Of a DNA stretch of 64,000 nt, positions 1 through 30,725 are shown in pieces (positions within the stretch are counted from its first letter, which is position 1; every line of letters starts with the position of its first letter). The stretch lies in assembly GCA_963693365.1 (NCBI GenBank), contig CAVNZM010000005.1:2869702-2933701 (forward strand). Reading direction: 5' to 3'. The DNA comes from Amoebidium appalachense (lineage: Eukaryota; Protista; Ichthyosporea). The notes under the pieces were generated by a model. The model saw nothing but the letters and a program-made list of their open reading frames with translations, was not told the DNA's origin and did no database searches. The position numbers and the translations under genes are program-made.

Positions 1-56
1 ACGGCATACTGAGAAGACAATAAAAACTTCACCACGAGTTATCCAGTAACAAGTGC
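1..56 (-). mobile_element. Fragment of the same LINE family as 38.5-41.6 kb (last ORF2 codons and start of 3' UTR)
   Basis: 1-56 matches 38963-39015 apart from a 3-bp indel. That segment overlaps the stop of LINE ORF 38991..39392. Confidence 0.7.
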
Positions 57-82
57 TCGAAAATCCAAAAGAAACCCCCTTA

Positions 83-114
83 AAAAGAAACCCCCTTTAA
101 AGGGGGTTTCTTTT
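83..114. repeat. Perfect 32-bp palindrome AAAAGAAACCCCCTTT-AAAGGGGGTTTCTTTT
   Basis: Read directly. The half-site recurs at about 68-82 and 390-408. Confidence 0.9.
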
Positions 115-1475
115 AGGCCGATTAATTGTCCCCATTCCAGCACATCCGGGTCAACTTGAAGCTATTTGTTCAGTATATACATCATGATATGAACTGCAAT
201 TTTCTTCCTAACGTTTTATTATTATTATTCCATTCTGTATTTCTTTTTTTTTGCCTTTTCCTTTTCTTTTTTCTTGTATTATGGCGCATCTATACCTTGC
301 ACTACCGGCCAAACGATGGTGCGCAACTGATGCGCAGCATGCCAATCAGATAGCTGAAACCCCTTTGACCCGACCCGGCCCGAAAAGGTAAAAGAAACCC
401 TCTTTAAACAATTGTGGTCGACCTGGTGGCACGTGCACGTGCGCTATCTTGAGTGGGGCTGCACGAGGGTGATGCCTCACACGTACTGACGGTGTGCACG
501 CGCTGCGATGAACTTTACGTTCGCTGCAGACGGGTTTCGGCCAGGCCCCCCAGACTGCACCCCAGCAGCAGTTTTCCTTACACTCTCGCGACCGCGTGCA
601 TGCTTTCTGTCGCGGCGCCTCGACGGTTCGATAGAGTCCAGTGCTCGCTGAATGTGTAAGGAAAAATAAGGAGCCATCTCAGTAGGTGGCAGGGGTGATG
701 CAGAAAGCTGTGGGGTTAGAATGCAGCTATGTAGTATGTTGCGGTGCAGCGAGAATAAGTTACAAGTTGGAGATGTCGACTGATATCGATGCACCAGAAA
801 TAGAGAAATAGATCGATGTGCCTAACTATTACATCGAACTTTGTTTCCCCAGCCGGGCAGATCTCCCTCCCTGTCCCCCTCCCCCCCACTACCACCTACT
901 GAGGCGGTGTCTCCTTTCTTTCTTTCTTTTTTTTTTTTTTTTTTGCCGCCTGAGTAGATGTTAACACTTGTTGCCGTCAGTACGTGTTAGCCCCCCCCCC
1001 CCCCCCCCCCCCCCTCTCTCTCTCTGTGTGTGTGTGCGCGTACGCATGGTACATGTATATCACGGTGTGTTGTGTGCATTGGGGCGCAAAGCGCCAGGGC
1101 CGGGGGGGGGGTGGGTGGGGGGATGCTGATACAGAACAGACCCACGAGGACAGTTTATACGCGCCGATGAAACGAACATACAGCATGTGTGCCAGGTGCA
1201 TCTGCCAGTACTACTATGATAAAATACTATTTCATATATTCGTTTCCACCACCAGAGCCCAGTCATGGTACAGGAACCCCTTCCCCAGCATTCAATAATG
1301 TGCCTAACGCTAACCTGTGAATCAATGAGGTCTTATATATGTACATCCGATCCCCTTAATGGATGAAGAGACCGGTTGAAAAACAAAGGTGAGTCTGAAA
1401 ACTGTGCATCAGCGCTGCCGATTAATCCGCCAATATAACCGCCCGCCTTCCCAAAAGGCAACACGCCTTCAACAT

Positions 1476-3425
1476 TTAGGCAACAGTGTCCCAGTAGAGC
1501 TTGCGCAGCTGCTCGACAAACAGGAACATCATGACCGTGTGGCCGCCGCACCGTGTGAAGTAAGGAATGAACCCATTCCACAGCGACAGCACACCGCTAG
1601 CCTTAGCAACCGCACCGATGGTCTGGAATGTTCCCTTATAAGGCAACTTGCCGTTGGCGTCGGGCTTCTGGAAGGCCATGCGGTTCTTAGCCGTCTCGAA
1701 GGGCATGGTGATGATGGAGTAGAGCAGGCCGGCACTCATGGACGAGGCACACTCGTTGGAGAGCCCAGTCAAGCCCATGTTCCTGCAGGGGGGTGTTTAT
1801 AAGTTTGTGTCTGAAATTTTTTTCCAGGCTTAGAGGAAGGAAAATGAAGAAAAGGGGGGAGTGCCAGGGGGTTGGGGTTTGGGGGTTGGGGGGAGGGGGG
1901 GGGGGACGGGGACGAGGGCAGGGGAAAAAAGAATGGACAGGATTAAGTTATGTGTTTGTGTGTAAGTGGCTAGGTGGGTTGGCGCGGGACGGCTAGGGCG
2001 GGCGGGGTGGGTTCGAAAGGTGGGTGGGGGGATACAGACAGAGAGGGGGTGGCATGCGGGCTTTCGAAGAGAATTGTAAAGCAAGGAGCACACGAGGAGT
2101 TTAGTCTCCCCAAAACAGGGTGGCGGGTGGGGTGGGGTGGGGGGGGGGGGGGGAGGGGGCGGCAACTAAGCTGCAAAATAGATGGGAGGACAGGTGCAGG
2201 GTAGGAAGGCCGGGTGAAGCAAAGGAGCGGGAAAGATGGGAATGGGGGTGGGGTTGCCAGGGGCTTCTGTGCAACAAACAAAAGCAGAAGGGAAACAGAA
2301 AGTGTGTGTGTGTGCGTGTTGGGGGGGGGGGGGGGGGGGGGGGGGTATGTCTCAGAACAAAACAAAGACAAGGAAGAGGGGGGGATAGTTCTGGTGCCGA
2401 ACACCATGCAATGTGCACAGCACACAAGCACGCACCATGCAAAAGCACATATCCTTAGACAGGGCAAGGGGGGACCCAGGGGGATGGGGGGGATAAGGTA
2501 GAAGAGAGAGGGAGAACAGAGAGAAGGGGGGCGGGTGGTTGGAGGGGGGGGGGGGGGGTAAAGGAGAAGGTGGTAGAGAAAGGAGAAGTGGGGCAAGGGG
2601 GAGCACACAAGAGTTGCCTAGATAGATGGGGGGGTGGGGGAGGAGGAGGTTAGAGTCTTTGATAAGGTGGAAGAGTGTTAGGGGGAGAGGAGGACGGGGG
2701 GAAACGGCAGGTGAGTAGGGATAATCGAGAAGGTTTTAAGGGAGCAGTAGGGAGAGGAGAGAAGAAGGAGAGAGCAGGGCCAGGAAGGCACGCAAGCGAG
2801 GGGAAGGGGGGAGGGGGGGGGGAGGCACATACTTGTAGGAGACCTTGAACTGATCGTATGTGGCCACCTGGCAGGCACCGACCAACATGGCACGGTTGAC
2901 AAACGGGGCACAGCCACGGTAGAAGGCGGCAAAGCCCTCCTCCCTCATAATCCTCGAGGCAGCGTCATACACACCCTTGTAGTTGCGTCTCTGCTCCTTG
3001 GGCAGGGCATTGTCGTTAGACATGCGCACAAGGGATACCTCTGCGGGGCAGGAGATAACGGCAGCACAGCCCCCGGACAGAACACCGTTAATAACGCGGG
3101 AGAGAATGTCAGTCTCACGGTACTTTGCCATCTGGTCCCTGAACACCTCATAAAGACCAAACCGAGACGTGGCGTAGAAGATCTGACGGGTGATGCCGGC
3201 GGTGAGACCCTTGTAAAGAGATCCAACACCCTCGTTCTTAATAACATTGGAGGTGAACTTGACAAACGAGGCGGTTTTCTGGCCGGGAGGGGCAGTCATA
3301 GTTGCCAAGTTCATGCGAATGGCGCAGGTGTTTGCTGGGTGCACCACAATCCACCCCAGAACACCGCCCAGGCCAGCGGTGGCGAAGGAAACGCTCGCGG
3401 GGAGCTTCTTCTGTTGAGTTGCCAT
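1476..3425 (-). CDS. Mitochondrial carrier (SLC25), 2-oxoglutarate/malate (OGC/DTC-like); 299 aa, 2 exons
   Basis: Exons 3425-2833 and 1782-1476, GT-AG intron, frame preserved. Carrier repeats (HPANTCAIRM, CPAEVSLVRM, MPFETAKNRM) and OGC-like segments LYKGLTAGITRQIFY, LPKEQRRNYKGV, RAMLVGACQVATYDQ. Confidence 0.92.
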
Positions 3426-4852
3426 GTTGCCTATATGGGTGTAGAGGTCTGTTTATGGGGGGGAGAGAAAAAAAGAGGCGACAAAACACCCACGAAAAAT
3501 AATCGAGCAATATGGCAACTGGTTCAAACGTGTGGTCGCGGGCTTTTTATATAGATGTTATGGGCTGCGATGATTGGTCGAGGAAGAATGTGTTCGGCTC
3601 CTTCGGAAAAAAGCCACAACCAAGCTCTTACTCAACTGCATGTTTGTCACGTTAATATGGACTAAAAGCGGGAAATAAGTTGAAATAATATTCGACATAT
3701 AACATTTATGACTTTTAGTTGCATCATTTATGGTTTTTGAGTTGAGCCTGCAGCGCCGGACGCCCGGCCGCCCGAGCCGGGGTCCCGGGGATGCATGTGG
3801 GAAAACGCCTTCCAAATATGGCTAGAGGGCACAGATTTGCATCATCTTGTGTTTGATTGGACGAGAAAGTCGCAGAAACACGGCGAAACCGAAAGAATTC
3901 AAGATCTGATTGGTGTTGAGAGGTTTGAGAATGTCCTCCCCATACCCATAATAAGGTTACAAAAAATATGCCCGGGCCGTTCGTAACGGTTCGTTACTAC
4001 AAACGGCCGGGCCGGAGCGCCATTTGTCCAATAAAATAATCATGCCTTTATTTGTTCAAATAGTATCTAATCAACATATATAACGACTCAATACGACTCC
4101 AGCATGTTGGGGTCAACTGGTTTAAATTAAAATCCAAAATTTCCGTTGTAACTCCTAAGACCCCCCTCAGCGACAAGTCTCGCGGACCCAGCGGCCGTGG
4201 CAGTGCGTTCAACGTTGCGGCCTTCTTCAGAAGTTCTTCTCCACAAAACAATAAAAGAATCACTTTTTTATAGTTGTAATACGGATTACAGTAGTCAACT
4301 TGAGCTCGAGCCGTGGAGTAAATCACTTCAAAATGGTTATGTGGATCACATCAAAATGGTTATGTGTTCGAAAGAGTGTAGACGAGGTACATTTTCTATT
4401 TGGTGCTTGACTGGCATAGGCTATCTCGGCTATCATTAGTGTTATCAGAGTAAAATTTGACGCCATTTCTACCCAGTTCTGTTCATCGTTCATTTTGCGT
4501 CATTCACGTCTACCTGAGTTCGATGCAAACCCCCCCCCCCCCCCCCCGCCCCTCTCTCCCCACTCACCCTCCCCCCCCCCCCCCCCCCCCCCCCTCTCTC
4601 TCCCCCCCCGCGGACACACACCTAACAGAGGGTGAGGCACAAACGCTTTTACTAGACTAGCTATACCTTCCCATTTTTGAACTGAGCTACTAAGATGAGA
4701 TTGTTTAAGGAAAACGGTGCGGTATCATACATAAAAAGCGGTTGGCTGCCATCAGGTGGGACCAAACCATCAAATATGGTGCAGCTACAATAGGGTTATA
4801 CATGGGATATTGGAATCTACAAAAGAGGGCTACTACTTATCAAAAATTGATT

Positions 4853-21733
<16,881 letters not shown>

Positions 21734-21742
21734 GGCTAACAT

Positions 21743-22731
21743 CTTACGTTAGGCAGCAGGGGGGGGAATATATGTGCTCCCTAAAAGATGGCCTTTCCAC
21801 ACGCGCACAGCTTACTGTAAAAAACTGTCTGCCTGGTATTGCGTATAATTCTGCAAAAAAAATAAGAAGTAAGCGGCACAGGTTTTCCGGGCGCATGCCT
21901 TTGCACACAGACTTGCACACAGGTTTGCTCGCAGAGGAAAGTTGTGACAGTGACAGCGCTGCCGGGAGGCTAGCTGAGGCAGGGTTCAGTTTTGTTCCCG
22001 CCAAAAAGTTCAAGTAGACCAATCAACTGTCGCCTGTAAATGACGTCAGCTACAGATGCCGGATTAACATTTGAGCAAATGGATAGGTCTCAAACATAAA
22101 TGCGGCCGGCAAACAATATGACATCACACAACCCTTCGGGATCGCTGTGTGCTTACGTAAGTCATTAGGCTATTTGATTGGATATCAGCTTTCGGCGCGA
22201 CGTTCCAAAACTGTGTCCGTTTTCACCAGCTTTTCTGTTCTCCGGTGCGCGGCCGAAGCCTCGGACACGTTTTTCCCTTTGTTTTACTCTGCAAGTTGTT
22301 CCTCGTTTTCAGGCTACGTTTTCAACGCCTTATAAGAAGCTCTCTTCAAACAGTTATATGATACACCGAACCCAAGCAAATAGTAGTCGCTCACATCATT
22401 CTACTTAGTTGGTTAGGCAACATAGCTGGTCATCTTGTGTGACCTCTTACAAGGGGTTGGTCTTTTTTATAGAAGAAAGGTTTCTGGACATCGGTGCACT
22501 GCAGAAGATACCTGTATCATTTCTCGACTACACTCGTATAAAAACAGAGTATACGCATTATTTTTCAATTCATTGCTGCTTCTATCACACTCCTTAGTCC
22601 CAAAAATGCATCCAGCTTCATACCTGAACGCGGTTTTCCGCACATAGAGTCCCTCCACCTCAACTAGCTAACACCAACCAAACCAAATCATTATCTTCAA
22701 CAAACACCTGTTATTTTTTCCAGTATCCACC
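21743..22731. promoter_or_regulatory. Probable bidirectional promoter between MLH1 and the TPX2-like gene
   Basis: About 1 kb, free of microsatellites, between divergent ATGs. CCAAT at about 22019, ATTGG at 22178, TGACGTCA at 22041, E2F-like TTTCGGCGCG at 22190. Confidence 0.55.
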
Positions 22732-25700
22732 ATGAATTTTACTGCGGAAGCTGTGCGTGATGAGTGCATTGAGCCAGACCTAGAACCGTTTGTTGTCAAC
22801 CCTACCTTTGAGTTCAACTCTCCCCAGTGGCTTGACTTTTCAGACGACCCTGCGCTTTGGTATGCTATACCTTTTTATCTTTTAATATATTTTTTATTTT
22901 TTATTTTTCGTTGCTTGAAACCCTTGTTTCCACGGCAGTTCTTCTCGTTGTTCTTTCCACGAGGCCATGTTTGCACCAATCGTGTCCGGCTACCATCCTC
23001 GTGCCCGACGTTTTCTCTCTTTTTTCCTTTTTGGTTTACATATCATTTTAGTCGGAAATGCTTCGATTTTCAGCTACATACAAACGTGAAAGGCGATGTT
23101 TAGCAGGATCAGATTAACCCGCTTGTAATTTTTGTTTTTTGGTCAGAACACTCACCTCTAGGTGCAAGTGAGAAGCCGATGTAGTCTCGTAACTCAGTGC
23201 TTTTATGCCCTACCGAATTATTCACGTTGCCTGCTTTTGAACTGTAAGCCGCTAATGTTCTGTTCTGGTGGGCTCGCCTTTCACATTTCCTCCCGAAAAC
23301 TACACCAACGCAACAATGATCCCACCCGCCGGTAGTTTTTCTCTATCTATCCCCTCGGATATCCTGAGGTGTGCATTAACTGAAAGATGTTGGGTGGTTG
23401 CCTTTGTAGATTTTTTTTTTCTGTTAGTGCCAGCCAGCACACCAGGTGGGTTTTTCTGCCCATTTTATACATCGCAGGACTTTGGTTAGCTTTGTTTGAC
23501 AAGTATTGCTCTTCTCTGTGCTAATATGCCTGCCACAATCCCCCCCCCCCACACACACACAAGCACACACACACACACACACACCACTACTACCACACGC
23601 GCGCGCACACACACACACAAAACACACACAGCTATGAGGAACAGGACGACGGGTTTTGCTTCGACTATGAGCATCCCTCCCACGAATCTCAATGGAAAAA
23701 CTATAACCTCTCCCACATCCCCAGTGACCGTTCCCCCGGCTACCTCAGACCTCTACACTCGTTCTCCTACTCATCCGATACCCAATCACCTTCGCCGGTT
23801 TCACCCAACGGTTACATTTCAGCCCAACGCTCCCATGTCACGACCAACCGCCCGAATCGGCTACCACAACGGCTGGTTATACCTCATGAGGAAAAACCGC
23901 ATGAACACACACAGGGGGCTACTGGTTTTGCGCAACACCATGCTCCCTATGTGGGCCCGCACGTGCGTATTGCGAGTATAGCGGTGACGGAGTCGGTGGA
24001 AGAGGAGGAGGAAGGAACGGAAGAGAGCGAAGAGGAAAGTAGCGACGGGGAGTCGATGGATTTGGTAAGCGCACTGCTACGGGAGCACAACAGCAAGGTC
24101 AAACAGACACGGAAACGGGACAACAAGAAAATGAAGGAGCCTGGGAAGGTGACCAAACCCCGAGCGCGTAAGACCGCCGGGAGTAATACTACTGCAACAA
24201 CGGGCGAATTGGCTGGCGGGGTGCCAAACGAAGAACAAGCACAAGCCGCCCCTCCACCTACCCATCCCATTAGTTCTAGCAGTGATACTGTAGTTGTCAA
24301 GGAAACCACACGTGTGTTAAAACACAACACCAATGCACCGGTGCCCAAGGTTTCGCGTGTTGTAGTTGCAGTGAAGGAGGTGCCACAGCCGGCACAACTC
24401 AACGTCGAAGGAGACAACGGAGGGAAGAGAAAGGGGATAGCAGTTGCCAAACCCCCGCCCACCACTGCACTCCGCGTCACGTCCACCCGACCTGTTCTCA
24501 CCTCTCGCTCGGGAGTTGTTGCGGCGGCAAAGAAAACAGAGCCTGGGGCGGGTGTGAAGACGACAGATGTCACGGAGAGGCCGAAAGTTACGAAACAAGC
24601 GAGACCTGCAGGTGGGGTGTCAGCGCTTGGCGTCAGTGAGCCGGTGTTGTTGAAGGGAAAGCCGGCAACAACATTGCCAAATAAGGCAGGCACAGCTCCG
24701 TCACCCCCTACCGGCGCTTCCACACTCAAGCAAAGTCTACCCGCTACCCAGGCACCAGCACACTCTATTGGTGCCAAGTTTGCCCCGGCACCCCAACCAT
24801 CCACTCGCACTCAGACTGTTACGGGATCATCAGTACATCTCTCGGTGGTTCCCGGGGCACAGAAACCGACGCTGAATATCACACGGACGATAAAACCCAC
24901 GGCAGGGGAACCGAGAATACCAGTCACAGGGAGACTTGGAGCAGGGGTAGGGTTAACAGGAGCAGGGGGAGTGGCCAAGAAGCCGTCCTTGTACACGAGT
25001 GCACTGGGTGAGGCCCATCGCTCAAACATTGAAAACGTAGTTCCCAGATCGATTTCTTCTATTTCCACGGACAAGTATAGTAGGGACCGTAACGCGGACA
25101 TTGAGAACATGACTGTTTACCGTGACGGTGCCGTTGCCAAGCCAACCAAGGCTGCAACCAATCAGATGCCAGCACGTGGGCTGGCACACCGGGCACCCCT
25201 GCACGACCGCAACCACAACCAGCTGGCCGTAGCACCGACCTTCCCCTCCAAGCCTGAGAACCGCACAAAGGCTACCCTAACTTTCTGCCCCTCTGGCTCC
25301 CAGCCCGTATGTCCCGCTACTCCCTCCCCCCCCCACTCACCCACCCACATATCACCACTACCACTGCACGTGCAGGCATGTGCATACAAGCCATCACCAT
25401 CACCTGTTCGCTCAACCCCACTACCTAGCTGCCCAAACCCTCTGCACATGTCACACTGACCCAGATACATAGGCGACCTTTTCTACACACAACACATGTT
25501 GTCCCCCCCCCCCCCCCCCCCCCCCCCCCCGCCCCGCCCCGCCCCGCGCATGCGGGGTGCTCGAAACCTTTATGCAATTCTCTCGTTTTCTTTCCATCTC
25601 TTAAGTACCCCCCCCCCCCCCCCCCCCCCCCCGTCTACATCAACACGCGTGCGCCCACATATTAGGCTCATGTGCAGCTTCCTCCTTCCATTAAGAAATG

Positions 25701-26114
25701 AAGCGCGCACACACACAATCACACTCACTCACTTACTCACTCACTCACCTGCTACCGCCAGCATCTCCATTCCCGTCCATCACATCCCCCCCTCCTCCCC
25801 CCCCCCCCCCCCCCCCCAACCACCACCACCACCACCACCACCACCACCACCACACCCACCCAAACAACAACAACAACAACAACAAAGAAAGAAAGAGAAA
25901 AGCGAAAAATAGAGGGGGGGGGGGGGGGGGGAAGTACATACATACACGCACACGTGCACACACACACCCTATACTAACAGCAATCCCACCTACACAGACC
26001 AAGCCCACCCTGTACGGCCATGTCGGCAAAGACACAGACACGGACGACCTCAAGCACATTCTGGCTCAACACAACTCGAGGGTGACCGGCATGCCCACAA
26101 GGAAATTCCTATGA
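22732..26114 (+). CDS. About 639-aa basic, low-complexity protein with an N-terminal TPX2-like motif; possible microtubule/spindle-associated protein
   Basis: Exons 22732-22859, 23632-25306, 25998-26114 (GT-AG, in phase), Kozak CCACCATG. Splicing gives FEFNSPQWLDFSDD...DDGFCFDYEHPSHE, resembling the TPX2 F/Y-x-F-D-A-P...D-F...W-F motif. D-box-like RAPLHDRN. Gene model is solid; function is inferred. Confidence 0.7.
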
Positions 26115-27354
26115 GCCAGCAGGGGCTAACATGTACGTAGTCATAAAGGGGTGTGCGTGTGTGGCCGAATGTAATTTGGATAATATACTTTACCAATAGT
26201 GTGAATTAGGTATGTGGTAGGGGAGATGTAATGTGACGGGGTTAGGCGTGCAGGTGGTGAATGGGATTTGTATACTTGTGTGGACAATGTGACTTTGCAT
26301 TTACATGCGACATACTATGGATGTCGGAGGCTTTTCATTCAGAGTTTACTGTTCTTTCTCTTTCTGTGGTGATGTTCACGGTGTGTACTCGTGTGAGGTC
26401 AGTACTAATGAGGAATTCAACTATGGGGAGAGGGGCACCGGGGGGGGGGGGGGGGGGGGTGTATACGGGTGGGTTATTTGGAGACCCCCGAAAGCTTTTT
26501 TCCTATCGGTTCCGGGGGTCTCCTTTTCCTCCTGTGTACATCTTTTAGTTTCCCGACTCTCCTTGCTGGTGAATTCAGTTTTGGGGCAGGAAGTGCGGAA
26601 CAAACGGGACAATAGACAGTTTGCCTATAAGCAGGTGGCACGTACCTCTACAAGGTGAATAAGTGCAGCCCAATATGGTGAACAGTGGTGTGATAAATCT
26701 GATATGTATTGGCCAAGATTTCAGAGTCTGACGTGGATGTGACATTGAACGGCCACTGGGACCATATTACATCATATTGAAATTGGGTTTTCCTCACGGT
26801 CCAGCACTTTGCCTCCTCCCCCCTCCCCCCCCTCCCCCCTCTCCTCCTCCTCTCGGACTTGTGTGTACACGCACCCACCCGACCGAATGTGTGTGTTGGG
26901 GGGGGGGGGGGGGGGGGGGGGACAGGCAGTAGCACACCGGTGGGACAAATCAATGACATGCACATGTTTACTAGTACTAGAGTTTTAGTACCATGCTGCA
27001 CGGGGCACTCTAACCTCTATGAAAGAGACCGAATGCACTGTTAGGAAAATCAATTCACATTACATCTTGATAGTAGCTACCAATAGAGAAAGACACCAGT
27101 CCGTACGGGCCAAGAAAGTTTGGCTTGTATATATGACTGTGTGGGCACGTCCTCATTTGTATTCACACCTTGTGTGTGTCTGTGACATGATGTGTGTGGG
27201 CTTGCGTGTGTGTGTGTACACGTGTATATACGTGCACATGCATGTGTGTGTGCACGTGTACACGTGCATCTGTGTGTGTGCAGGTGCATGTGTGTGCGTC
27301 TGTGTGTTGGTGTGCTGGTGTTTTTGAGAAAGAAAGAAGAGAAAGAAATTCCCT

Positions 27355-27389
<35 letters not shown>

Positions 27390-27723
27390 GGAAAGCACTG
27401 GGGAGAGTGGGGTGGGGCAGGGAGGGTGAGAGGCGGCGGAGGGGCCCGGGGGGGGAGGCATATACCAGGCGTGCCCTTCAATATTTTTTTTTTTTTTTGG
27501 GGGGGGGGGGGGGGGGGATTTGTGTGTACTTGGACCAACGTGGCTGTGCAAGGACGAAACAACATGGTGGCAGCCGGAGTCGGAAAAAACAACACAAAGG
27601 CAAACCACTGGCACACAACTCAATGATATACAGGGGTCACTCCGACGTGACTTTCAAAATAATGGGTAAATCATTAGGGTCTAGAATCTGAATGTTTTTC
27701 GGCCGTAGGGTTTGTTATCTTAT

Positions 27724-27760
<37 letters not shown>

Positions 27761-27892
27761 ACCCACCCCCCCACCCACCCACACACACATACACACACCC
27801 TCCCCCATGTGGAGCCAAAATTTCTGAGGGTTAGGCCACGGGAGGCTACATTTTCTTTTTTTTTTCCTTTTTTCCTTTTCTTTTTTTTTTTT

Positions 27893-27926
<34 letters not shown>

Positions 27927-28624
27927 GGATGTAGGCATGCATTGCATGGCACCCTCCCGCTATGACGCATGTGACATGTGTACACATGTCTGCTGGCCAA
28001 TGCAGATAGTTATGCACAATGCATGCCGTTTGTTGAATCTCAAAGTGTCCGATAGAGCTTTCAGAATCACTCACTATACTATTTAGTAAATGTATGCTGG
28101 CTTTGTTTTGTTTGTTTGGTTAAAAGGGTAACAGCTCCTATGTTCTGTTTTCGTATACATTGCAGAAGGGGAAGGGGGGGAGGGGGGAGGAAGAGCTGGG
28201 GGTATAAGTGTCGTCACGTCGGGCTGCCGTACCACCGCATATTTAGGAGTTAGGAGTGTGGGTGTGTGGGGAAGGTAGGAGAGGGGCTAAGAGTTGGGTG
28301 AAACAGGGGTGGATGGGTGGGTGGCCATTGTAGTGGGGATGGGGGAGGCTGGGGGAGGGGGGGGGGGGGGGGGGGGGGGGGGGCTGCTCGTTATCTTATT
28401 TTACTCCCAGCCTCGGTAGCCTCTAAAATCTTAAAATTTTCAAATTTAAATATTCTGGTACCATTTGTTTATCTTAAATGTGAATCATCAGTATCTGAAT
28501 CCTATGATCCCTGTGTGGCATGTGAGCTGCCAGGGCCGTGGCATTGATGGTGAAAGCTTTTGGTGTTGTGACACAATAATGCACGTGTGTGTCCTTTTTC
28601 TTTTCTTTTCAGAATCTTTTCTTT

Positions 28625-28672
<48 letters not shown>

Positions 28673-28683
28673 TTTTTTTTTTT

Positions 28684-28717
<34 letters not shown>

Positions 28718-28846
28718 GCACGTGTGTGTACATGTGTGTGTGTGTGTGTCACGTTTGTGTGTGTGTGTGTCACGGTGTGTGTGTGTGTGTGCGTGTCGCG
28801 GTGTATATGTGTGTCTGTTTGTGTGCACGTGCGCACGTGTGTGTAT

Positions 28847-28958
<112 letters not shown>

Positions 28959-29159
28959 GATTGAACTTTATTTTGCACGCTGAGCGTGAGGCAACATAAA
29001 TCCTCACACTTTTCAACGAAGGAAGGTTGTCTTCGAACTTTAAGGAGAATTAGCTCTTTTACCGATGAACTATGAGGGAACAGTATTGGTCATGATACAT
29101 GTATACCCCAAGCACCAGTTAGCCGCCTCCCTACTTATTATGGTTAATATATCATGCTT

Positions 29160-29334
29160 TACCCTGACCCGGCGGGAACTGACCGGGTCAGAGCCATCGG
29201 TCGGGCTGGGTACGGGTCTGACCCGCCGGGTCATAAAGCCGACCGGGTTTGAGCAAAAATGCCCCGGGTCGGGGTTGGGTAACGCCGACCCGGCCGGGTT
29301 GGTTCTCGGATCGACCCAACCCGACACATCCCTG
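29160..29334. mobile_element. Solo end of a hAT-like DNA transposon
   Basis: Dense ACCCG/CGGGT subterminal motifs in both orientations ending in CACATCCCTG (reverse complement CAGGGATGTG, like hAT TIRs). No partner end found. Confidence 0.55.
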
Positions 29335-30725
29335 CTGAAGGCGCGAGCACATGCGCAGGAGGGCTCTGGAGGGCTCTGGACCAGGTAGCCTCAACACAGC
29401 ACAAAGACAACCTGAGCACTCATGGATGGAGTTCTGCGCAGCTCAGCCTGGCAACACAGTGATGCAATTGGTGTCACTCTAACCGCTCAGCAGACACCTG
29501 CTTCAAAATCTGCAGCCCGTGGCCACGGATTAGGACACAAACATGAACTGAGCACCACCCCGCGCTTCGAATTCGCCGTTCAAACGTTTAAAAAAAACAG
29601 CCATGACGTCATAGCCGCAGATCACCCCGCATTCCACGCATTCCACGAGATCTAGATCTGCACCTCGTGTGTAAATTACGGTGACTGCCCTGGTGAGCTA
29701 CAAAAAACCTTGCTTTGGCAGGGGAAATTGTGTGTATCGGTGCATAATGTCGATGTACTCCTATCAATGTCTGCTTGAGCACCCAAAGAGCATGAATATG
29801 ATGACATAATGCTGTATGCATAACTGGGTCACGCGTGTATACAATGGTGCACGTGCGCAGGCAGCCGCGAGCCTCATGCCGACGTTGTGTGGCCGTGACA
29901 CTGTCAATAAAAACTTATAAACTACTTCGAGAAACATAGGGCAATTCTTGTGGGAAGAGGGATGGGGAGAAGGAGGAGGGGATTGTTGTTGTTTTACATG
30001 TTCTTTTGTTGTTTTTGTACGTTGTTGTTCTACCTGGGGGTAGTTTCAAGTTTAGCCCAGTGGGTAGTGTACCGAACGCTTTATGCACAAAAGCATTTGC
30101 ATTCGTCCGAATCCTCAAATTTCATTGGTGTATAAAGGTGCCCAGAAAAGCAAATTCGAGGGAAAACCACATAGGCTCATGCAAACTTGCATAGATAAGA
30201 CTTGTATTTCTGTTTATGGGGCTTTTTTCTCTGCTATATGTTTTCCTGTGTAGGATTTTTCCTTCTCTCGTGACCAAACGTTTCATGAAAGCACGGGTAA
30301 AAACTGTCTTTTCAGTGATGTATGAGGGATTACTGGGGTCACGTACTTGGTTCAAGAAACTCAAGGACCAATCAAACTGTTATCCAATCATTGCATCGGG
30401 CACTTGGCATAATAAATCTAAATATCACAAATTAGGATAGCCAATCAACAAGCGCCACAATGACTTTGCGGTCAACCGGTTTTCTATATAAACACCCGTT
30501 CAAAATTTCCCGGCACTTAGAGCGACAGTAGTGAGATCGGGCACTCATAAGAGTTCTGTTTCTTTTCTCATCCACGAGGCCTCTTCGTCATTGCTCTCGC
30601 TCAAAAAGTGCATTCGTATTTTTAAGGCTCCTGGCCACCTCGAACCAAACTCGCCATTCAAGGCATGGCCCTTGCTATCCGTCACACATAATCGTACACT
30701 GTGACAGACTGAACACAAAGCCACC

